Below, in pieces: positions 13,167-20,320 of a stretch of 64,000 bases of DNA. The notes beneath the pieces were generated by a model. The model was not told where the DNA came from and searched no databases. It saw only the letters and a program-made list of their open reading frames with translations. Positions within the stretch are counted from its first letter, which is position 1; each line of letters starts with the position of its first letter. Source of the DNA: an uncultured Verrucomicrobiae bacterium (GTDB lineage: Bacteria > Verrucomicrobiota > Verrucomicrobiia > Opitutales > JABDGR01); NCBI GenBank assembly GCA_963765205.1, contig CAVXVB010000007.1:64001-128000 (forward strand). Direction: 5' to 3'. The position numbers and the translations under genes were made by a program.

Positions 13167-15041
13167 CTAACTTCCGCCTTCCGCCCGGTGCGCCGCGATT
13201 TTCGTCAGGAACGTCGGGCCAAACTCGCGGAGCTTCTTCTCCCCCACCCCGCTAATGCGCGCGAATTCCGACTCGTCGCGCGGGAGCTGGCTGGCCATCT
13301 CGCGCAACGAAACGTCGGAAAAGATGATAAACGCCGGCACGTCGCGCTCGTCCGCCAGCCGGCGGCGCAGCCCGCGCAGTTTCTCGAACAACGGCTCGTC
13401 GCAGGCAATTTCCCCGGCCCGGGATTTTTCCCGGCGCGGCGCGGGCGCATTTTCCCCGCGTGGTTCGTAGGTCCGACCCTTCCGTGGCGCGGGCGCGGCC
13501 ACCGGCCGGGCGAAGGTGATTTTTTGGCGGGCGCGCAGCGCCGCCCAGCCCGCGTCCGTCAATTCAGCGATGTTAAACTGCTCCGCGTTCTGGCGCAGGT
13601 AGCCCAGCCGCACCAGCTCGCGCCCGATGGCGCCCCACTCCGCGCGGCTGTGCTCCGCGCCGATCCCGTAAGTCGAAAGCGCTTGATGATGCCACTTGCG
13701 GATTTTTTCCGTGTCGGCCCCGCCCAGCACGTCCGCCACATGCAGCAGCCCCACGCCGAAGTTGCCCTTCTCCCGGATGCGATAGACGCATGACATGAAT
13801 TTCTGCGCCGCGATGGTCCCGTCCCACGTTGCGCGCGGCGTCAGGCAATTATCGCAGGCACCGCAGTTGTCGCCCGGCAGCTTGTCGCCGAAATAATCCA
13901 GCAAATGCGCGCGCCGGCAGGACGGCACTTCGGCGTAGCGCACCATCAGCTCCAATTGCGCCCGCGCGATTTCCCGCTCTTTCGGATCGGGCTTTTCATC
14001 AATGAATTGGCCGTATTTAATCCGGTCGCCCGGGCTGAACAGCAGCAGGCATTCGCTCGGCAGCCCGTCCCGCCCCGCGCGCCCGGTCTCCTGATAATAA
14101 CCTTCGATATTCTTGGGCAAATCGTAGTGGACGACAAACCGCACGTTCGATTTGTTGATGCCCATGCCAAACGCGACCGTCGCGCAGACGACCTGGAGCC
14201 GGTCGCGCAAAAACGCCTCCTGGTTGCGCGTGCGCATTTTGCCATCCAGCCCCGCATGATACGCCGCCGCCCGCACCCCGTCGGCGGTTAGTTTTTCGGC
14301 GATGCTCTCCGTCGTCTTGCGCGCCTGGCAATAAATGATCCCGCTCTCCTTCGCGCGGCCTTGGACGAAATCCAACACCTGCTCGTAGGCCCCCTTTTTC
14401 GCCGCCACGCGGTAGTGCAGATTCGGCCGGTTGAAGCTCGCCACATAACACCCCGGCTCGCGCAAACGCAGTTGCCGCACTATGTCCTCCCGCACCCGCT
14501 CGGTCGCCGTCGCCGTCAACGCCATCACCTCGACCTGCGGAAATAAATCGCGCAACGTGGCTAGTTGCCGATACTCCGGTCGGAAATCATGCCCCCACTC
14601 GCTGATGCAATGCGCCTCGTCAATGGCGAACAAGTTCACGTCCCACCGGCGCAAGTCCTCTAAAAAGCCGGCCAGCATCAACCGCTCGGGCGCCGCATAG
14701 AGCAGCCGGTATTCCCCCTGGTGCAACCCGCGCAATCGCCTCCGCGATTCGTCGGCGCCCAGCGAGGAATTCAAAAATGTCGCCGGCACCCCCGCCGCCT
14801 GCAACGCGTCCACCTGGTCCTTCATCAACGCGATCAGCGGTGACACCACCACCGTCAACCCCGGCCGCGCCAGCGCCGGCAATTGAAAGCACAGCGACTT
14901 CCCGCCCCCCGTCGGCAAAACCACCAGCGTGTCCCGGTGCGCCAGTGTGGCGCGCATGATCTCCTCCTGCAGTGGCCGAAACGATTTAAACCCAAACCAG
15001 CGCTTGAGCAGCGCCTGCAGTTGAAACGGATCGGCGGGCAT
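13167..15041 (-). CDS. recQ: ATP-dependent DNA helicase RecQ
   Basis: PTGGGKSLCFQLP, DEAHCISEWGHDFRPEY, YYQETGRAGRDG, RQC zinc site (CGACDNC) and C-terminal HRDC domain. Confidence 0.97.
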   Translation of the reverse strand: MPADPFQLQALLKRWFGFKSFRPLQEEIMRATLAHRDTLVVLPTGGGKSLCFQLPALARPGLTVVVSPLIALMKDQVDALQAAGVPATFLNSSLGADESRRRLRGLHQGEYRLLYAAPERLMLAGFLEDLRRWDVNLFAIDEAHCISEWGHDFRPEYRQLATLRDLFPQVEVMALTATATERVREDIVRQLRLREPGCYVASFNRPNLHYRVAAKKGAYEQVLDFVQGRAKESGIIYCQARKTTESIAEKLTADGVRAAAYHAGLDGKMRTRNQEAFLRDRLQVVCATVAFGMGINKSNVRFVVHYDLPKNIEGYYQETGRAGRDGLPSECLLLFSPGDRIKYGQFIDEKPDPKEREIARAQLELMVRYAEVPSCRRAHLLDYFGDKLPGDNCGACDNCLTPRATWDGTIAAQKFMSCVYRIREKGNFGVGLLHVADVLGGADTEKIRKWHHQALSTYGIGAEHSRAEWGAIGRELVRLGYLRQNAEQFNIAELTDAGWAALRARQKITFARPVAAPAPRKGRTYEPRGENAPAPRREKSRAGEIACDEPLFEKLRGLRRRLADERDVPAFIIFSDVSLREMASQLPRDESEFARISGVGEKKLREFGPTFLTKIAAHRAEGGS

Positions 15042-15222
15042 GGATGAAGGATGAGGGATGAGGGATGAAGAACTAAATGCAAATTGAACCACGGAGGGCG
15101 TGGAGAATCAAAGGGGAATTATAAATCAGAAATTCGAATTACGAATTACGAAAAAAAACGTCCAAAACCTCGAACAAATCACTCGCAAACTTGCAACCTG
15201 CAACTTGCAACCAAGCGCCCGT

Positions 15223-15558
15223 TCATTTCCGCTCCAATGCGCCAACCGTCGTAATCTTCAGCGACGTTTCACCCGTCGCATCCTCCGTCTTTTGGAAAAA
15301 CCCCCGCCGCCCGCACGCGCGCAGCAATGGATGCCCGGCCGCCATCAACGCGACCGCCGCGCACACGGTTGCAAACACCGTCGCCAACAGGCCGGAAATC
15401 CCCAGGAACAGCAACAATAGCATCAGCGTCGTAAACACCATCACCGCGCCCAGCACCGCCACGACCACCGCCACCACCAAGCCCTGCAGCAACGGATTCT
15501 TAACCTCGCGCCCGTTCGCAGTGACACGAAATTTCTTAATGTGGATACCCGCAGTCAT
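15223..15558 (-). CDS. Hypothetical membrane protein
   Basis: ORF with a long hydrophobic stretch; start uncertain. Confidence 0.55.
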   Translation of the reverse strand: MTAGIHIKKFRVTANGREVKNPLLQGLVVAVVVAVLGAVMVFTTLMLLLLFLGISGLLATVFATVCAAVALMAAGHPLLRACGRRGFFQKTEDATGETSLKITTVGALERK

Positions 15559-15737
15559 GCGCGAAATTCTCCGCCAACCGCCGTCCCGGCGCAAGAATTA
15601 TTTGCCGCCGTTCAGGGCGCACTCCCGGTTTAAAGGCGCAGCCAGACTGCGTCCCTGCATCCGGGCCAACGTGTTCTTGTAGGGGCGCAGACTTGCTGCG
15701 CCCGCTTCCAGATTTTCAAGCCAAATTGTTCCCCTGC

Positions 15738-16001
15738 TCAATTCTGGCAGCAAAACGGACTCGCGCACACATGCCCGCCGCCCGCCGGCAGCGCGCACTC
15801 ACCTTGCCCGCAACCCGGAGCCGCTGGCGCGGCCGCGCCCTTGGTCATAATCCCGAAGCCGCCCAAAATCACGCGCTTGACGGGCAGGCCCGACTCCGGG
15901 TCGCGCGTCAACGGCGCATCCCGCATGGATTGGCGCACCTCAAAGCGCCGCACCTCGTCGCCCGGCTTTTCCGGAATCGTTTCGTAAACGTAAGTGGCCA
16001 T
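15738..16001 (-). CDS. FmdB-family zinc-ribbon-like protein
   Basis: MATYVYE...FEVRQSMRDAPLTRDPESG..VKRVI pattern with a Cys/His-rich tail. Confidence 0.75.
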   Translation of the reverse strand: MATYVYETIPEKPGDEVRRFEVRQSMRDAPLTRDPESGLPVKRVILGGFGIMTKGAAAPAAPGCGQGECALPAGGGHVCASPFCCQN

Positions 16002-16152
16002 AAGCAAGTTAGACCCGCATACTAGAACAAATGTTCGCCCCCTGTCAGGCCTGAAGAATGCAACTATAGGAAAAGAGGGACAGAGGGTCTAAGACACTGA
16101 GGAACTTCTCACTCCTCTCCGTGCCCTCCGTGCTTGAATCTGCATTTTTCTT

Positions 16153-16312
16153 TTCATCCTTTATCCCTCATCCTTTTCCTATCCCCCACCCCACCGTTCA
16201 ACCTGCATTTCTTTCTTCATCCTTCATCCCTCATCCGTCATCCTTCCCCCTCGCCCATCGAAACTAAAACGAAAAACCAGGAACCAGGAACCAAGAACTA
16301 GGAACCAGGAAC
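16153..16312. repeat. Intergenic heptamer arrays (TTCATCC)n and (AACCAGG)n upstream of mnmE
   Basis: Directly visible tandem 7-mers; inverse (GGATGAA/GGATGAG)n copies at about 15042-15070. Confidence 0.8.
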
Positions 16313-16322
16313 TTACTCCCCC

Positions 16323-17897
16323 ATGCCCCTCGGAGAAACCATCGCTGCCGCCGCCACGCCCCCTGGCGAATCCGCGCTCGCCCTCGTGCGCGCCAGTGGC
16401 CCCCTTGTCCCCGTGCTCGCTGCCGCCGTCCTCGGCCGCTCCGCCGGCCAAACCCCCGCCCCCCGCCACGCCACCTTCGGCCACTACCATACCCTCGCCG
16501 GCGAATCTCTCGACCAAATCGTCCTCACCTACTACGCCGCCCCCGCCTCGGCCACCGGCGAAGACCTCCTCGAAATCGCCTGCCACGGCAACCCCCTCAT
16601 CGTCCGCCGTATCCTCGACGACCTCCTCGCCCGCGGCTGCCGCCCCGCCCAACCCGGCGAATTCACCCGCACCGCCTTTCTCGCCGGCAAACTCGACCTC
16701 GCCCAGGCCGAAGCCGTCGCCGACCTCATCCGCACCCGCTCCGACGGGGCCCTCCGCGCCGCCCGCCGCCAGCTCGACGGCGAACTCTCCCGCCGCGTCC
16801 AGGAATTCTCCGACACGCTTCTCCGAATCCAGGCCGCCACCGAGGCCTACATTGATTTCCCCGAGGAAGATTTGCCCGCCGAAGACAACGCCACCCTCCG
16901 CGCGAAAATCGCCGGCCTCGCCGCCGAGATTGAAAAACTTCTCGCCACCGCCCGCTACGGCGCCCTGCTGCGCGACGGCGCCAGCGTCGTCATCGCCGGT
17001 CCGCCCAACGCCGGCAAGTCCAGCCTTATGAACGCGCTGCTCGGGCGCCCGCGCGCCATCGTCAGCCCCACGCCTGGCACGACCCGCGATTTCCTTGAAG
17101 AAACCCTCACCGCCGGCCCCTATACTATTCAGATCACGGACACGGCCGGGTTGCCGGAGGAAGTCAGGAGTCAGGAAGACAGGAGTCAGGAATCAGGAGT
17201 CAGGAGTCAGAAGCTAGAAACTAGAAGTCAGAATTCGGACATCAGGGGTCAGAAATCAGAAATACCACCCCCCACCCCCCGGTCAACTGATTGGGAACTC
17301 GAAACTAGAAACCTGAAACGCGAAACTTTACCCAACACCCTCCCCGCCCCTTGCTCCCCGCTCCCTGCTTCTCCCGATCCTATTGAGATGGAAGGTGTTA
17401 GCAGGGCGTTTGAAAAAATCACGACTGCCGATTTTCTGCTCCTTGTCCTCGACAGCACCCTGCCCTCTCCTACACTGCCCCAGCCTCTAATCGAGGTCAT
17501 TCACCCCCAAAACACGCTTGTCATTGAGAACAAGACAGACCTGTCTGTCTCTTTTACGCATGATTCATTTCTTCCTGATATCAAGCATCTTAGACTCTCT
17601 CTCAAGACGGGTCAAGGGCTGGAACAACTTCGTGCCGCACTTGTAATCGCCCTTGAAACCTCGTATGCCCTACCCCACGACGATCTGATCCTCACCAACA
17701 CCCGGCACGCCGACGCTCTGCGGCAAACCCACGCCGCTCTGACGGCGGCCCTCGAAAAGCTGGAAACCCACGCGCCTGCCGAACTCCTCGCCGCCCACCT
17801 GCGCGATGCCCTTACCGCCCTCGCCGAAATCGCCGGCCCCCTCGACAATCACGCCATGCTCGACCGCCTCTTCGCCCAATTCTGCATCGGGAAATAA
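16323..17897 (+). CDS. mnmE: tRNA modification GTPase MnmE (TrmE) with a ~70-aa in-frame insertion
   Basis: ETIAAAATPPG, TGEDLLEIACHG, PGEFTRTAFLAGKLDL, GPPNAGKSS, PGTTRD, DTAG, NKTD and C-terminal FCIGK. Confidence 0.97.
   Translation: MPLGETIAAAATPPGESALALVRASGPLVPVLAAAVLGRSAGQTPAPRHATFGHYHTLAGESLDQIVLTYYAAPASATGEDLLEIACHGNPLIVRRILDDLLARGCRPAQPGEFTRTAFLAGKLDLAQAEAVADLIRTRSDGALRAARRQLDGELSRRVQEFSDTLLRIQAATEAYIDFPEEDLPAEDNATLRAKIAGLAAEIEKLLATARYGALLRDGASVVIAGPPNAGKSSLMNALLGRPRAIVSPTPGTTRDFLEETLTAGPYTIQITDTAGLPEEVRSQEDRSQESGVRSQKLETRSQNSDIRGQKSEIPPPTPRSTDWELETRNLKRETLPNTLPAPCSPLPASPDPIEMEGVSRAFEKITTADFLLLVLDSTLPSPTLPQPLIEVIHPQNTLVIENKTDLSVSFTHDSFLPDIKHLRLSLKTGQGLEQLRAALVIALETSYALPHDDLILTNTRHADALRQTHAALTAALEKLETHAPAELLAAHLRDALTALAEIAGPLDNHAMLDRLFAQFCIGK
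17160..17375 (+). repeat. In-frame mosaic of heptamer arrays within mnmE
   Basis: (AGTCAGG/AGTCAGA)n, (GAAACTA/GAAACCT)n and (GCTCCCC)n modules between DTAGLPE and DPIEMEG. Confidence 0.85.
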
Positions 17898-17980
17898 AAC
17901 TACGGGCGCGCCGCTTGCCGACACGCCACGCCGTTTCATTATTCATTTATCATTTGCCAGCAGATTGATCGGTGGACAGG

Positions 17981-18904
17981 ATGCCCGACGTGTTACAGGA
18001 AATAAAAATTGGCTCAAAAACGACGGATGCTCCTAGTCCAGACTTGGGAGAAAGTGGCTCTGGCCTGCTGGAAGACGTGCCGGTCTCCAGCCGTCTTTTC
18101 CTTGGCGACAGCCGGAAATTGGTCCGTCTCAAAAACGAAAGCGTGCACTTGGTGATTACTTCGCCGCCCTACTGGACGCTTAAGGAATATAACGACCATC
18201 CCGACCAACTCGGGCACGTCGCAGACTACGAGCAATTTCTCGATGAGTTGGACAAGGTTTGGCGGGAATGTTTGCGCGTGCTGGTGCCCGGCGGCCGCAT
18301 CGTGTGCGTGGTCGGGGATGTTTGCCTTTCACGCAAAAAAAATGGCCGGCACTTGGTCATGCCCCTCCACGCGGACATCACCGTGCGGTGCCGCAAAATT
18401 GGCTTTGATAACCTTAATCCCATTATTTGGCTGAAAATATCCAACGCCAACTTCGAAGCCAACACGAGCAGCAAGTTTCTCGGCAAGCCCTACGAGCCGA
18501 ACGCCATCATCAAAAACGACATGGAATTTATTTTGATGCAGCGCAAGCCGGGTGGCTACCGCCAGCCCACCGAACACCAGCGCGACCTGAGCCGGCTGCC
18601 CAAGGAGGAATTCCGCGAATGGTGCCAGCAAACCTGGAGCCTGACCGGCGCCAGCACGCGCGAACATCCGGCGCCGTTTCCCCTCGAGCTCGCCCAGCGC
18701 CTCGTCCGCATGTTCAGTTTCGCGGGCGACACCGTGCTCGATCCCTTCGCCGGCACGGGCACTACCCTGCTGGCCGCCACGCAATGGGGCCGCAACTCCG
18801 TCGGCTTCGAGGTGGACGCGAAATACTTTGCGCTCGCGAAGCGCCGCCTCGAGGACGCCCAACCCGACCTTTATCGCAAAGTGACTTTCGAGGCGGTCAA
18901 ATAG
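17981..18904 (+). CDS. Site-specific DNA methyltransferase (amino-MTase, beta order, probably m4C)
   Basis: Catalytic TSPPY motif precedes HPAPFP and the SAM-binding motif VLDPFAGTGTT. Confidence 0.9.
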   Translation: MPDVLQEIKIGSKTTDAPSPDLGESGSGLLEDVPVSSRLFLGDSRKLVRLKNESVHLVITSPPYWTLKEYNDHPDQLGHVADYEQFLDELDKVWRECLRVLVPGGRIVCVVGDVCLSRKKNGRHLVMPLHADITVRCRKIGFDNLNPIIWLKISNANFEANTSSKFLGKPYEPNAIIKNDMEFILMQRKPGGYRQPTEHQRDLSRLPKEEFREWCQQTWSLTGASTREHPAPFPLELAQRLVRMFSFAGDTVLDPFAGTGTTLLAATQWGRNSVGFEVDAKYFALAKRRLEDAQPDLYRKVTFEAVK

Positions 18905-18926
18905 TGAGCGGAACGGGCAGCTTGCA

Positions 18927-19838
18927 CTATTTTGCTTTTAGGGCAGTGAGTGCAGCGTTCAAAATCGAGTCGGGATGCTCGCTGGCGAAAACAACGACGT
19001 AGATGTTTTCCGACTTCAACCGGCTGGAAACATTCGAGTGCTCGTCGGTGAACGGGTAATAAATGAACGCGATGAATTTCCCCCTTGGATGGGCCGCTTT
19101 GAATTTCGCGGCTTTGTTCACAATCTCATCGCAACGCTTGTGGATGTCGCGCCGCGCCTCGATGCGTTTGATATCCACGGCCAGCGCAATTGGTCCCGTA
19201 GCCTGGTAAGCGGCATCCAGTTCAAAATTCTCTCCGCCAATTTCGAAATGCCGTTTCTTGAATAATTTCGGCAGGCCGGTCTTTTTGGCCGCGTTGTCCA
19301 GGGCCGCGCGCACCATGATCTCCCAGCGGCCTTTGCCCTTGCGAATTTCCTTGTCCAAAAACATCAGTCGGTCAATGGCGCAAAAACTGTTCAATTCCGT
19401 GCGCTCGGGTAGAAACGGTTTAAGATAGCCGGCGAGGGCCTTTGCGGAATCGCGCCGAAATCGTGGACTGTAGGAATTCAATCCTTTCAAGCCCAAATCC
19501 CGCTCGATTGCGCGCTCGGCGACGTTGCACAGAATCATCAAAGGCTTAGCCAGCATCGGATGTTTTGCCAGCACGCGACCCAGCTCGGTCGCATTCATGT
19601 CCCGAAAATTAATGACCTGGCAACGCTCCTCCGTGATGTGCGCTTGAAAGGCCGCCAGGGCATTCTCGCGAATAAGCTGCATCCGAATCTCCGCCGCCGG
19701 CGATGCCCGCGAAAGATAATCCCGATGTGTTCCATAAGAACCCCGCCTCTCCTCCACGGCCGGAGCCTTAGGCTCATTTGCCACAAGAAATGGAAGTTCG
19801 TCATCCACGCTCAAACCGTAATTTAATGGAAACGCCAA
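18927..19838 (-). CDS. Putative PD-(D/E)XK restriction endonuclease
   Basis: Convergent with the MTase, lower GC, nuclease-like motif FELDAAY...VDIKRIE; start uncertain. Confidence 0.6.
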   Translation of the reverse strand: MAFPLNYGLSVDDELPFLVANEPKAPAVEERRGSYGTHRDYLSRASPAAEIRMQLIRENALAAFQAHITEERCQVINFRDMNATELGRVLAKHPMLAKPLMILCNVAERAIERDLGLKGLNSYSPRFRRDSAKALAGYLKPFLPERTELNSFCAIDRLMFLDKEIRKGKGRWEIMVRAALDNAAKKTGLPKLFKKRHFEIGGENFELDAAYQATGPIALAVDIKRIEARRDIHKRCDEIVNKAAKFKAAHPRGKFIAFIYYPFTDEHSNVSSRLKSENIYVVVFASEHPDSILNAALTALKAK

Positions 19839-19916
19839 GGGAAGCCAGATTTCGCGGCCGCAGATTCAACCTGCTCCCGACCTGCACTTCTGCGGCTCAG
19901 CGCGAGAATGCATTAA

Positions 19917-20030
19917 TCATGGACTTTCCCCCTGGTTAAATCCGATGCGCCGGCGCGGGGTTTCGGGCGGGGACGCGAGCAGGGGTTGCAGCTTGGTCCA
20001 GATGGTCCGCAGGGCGTTCTCATGACCATC
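19917..20030 (-). pseudogene. C-terminal remnant of an ORF6N-domain-type protein
   Basis: HENALRTIWTKLQPLLASPPETPRRRIGF resembles the usual C-terminal tail of ORF6N proteins; no N-terminal part is visible. Confidence 0.45.
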
Positions 20031-20291
20031 TTGTCCTTTCCTTTCGCGCTTGGAATTGTTAGGATCAAAAACTCCGCCGTAAAATCTTTCCACGCTCACT
20101 ATTTGTTCGCCCGCGCTTTGAGTCTGACGAATATTCCAGAGCGCGGGCTAAAGCACCGCGCTACGGAAGTTTCGGCAAATTGATGCATGGATTTCAAATC
20201 ACAACCTGGCACTTCAACACCTTCCCTTTGTGATCTTCATTTCTTCGTGGTGAATCACCTCCCCCCACCCTTTTCTTCACTGTCAACAACT

Positions 20292-20300
20292 TGTGAATAA
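20292..20300 (-). promoter_or_regulatory. DnaA box (TTATTCACA)
   Basis: Exact match to TTWTNCACA in a lower-GC intergenic region at the GC-skew switch. Confidence 0.6.
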
Positions 20301-20320
20301 GAACAGACCGGTCTGTCTGT

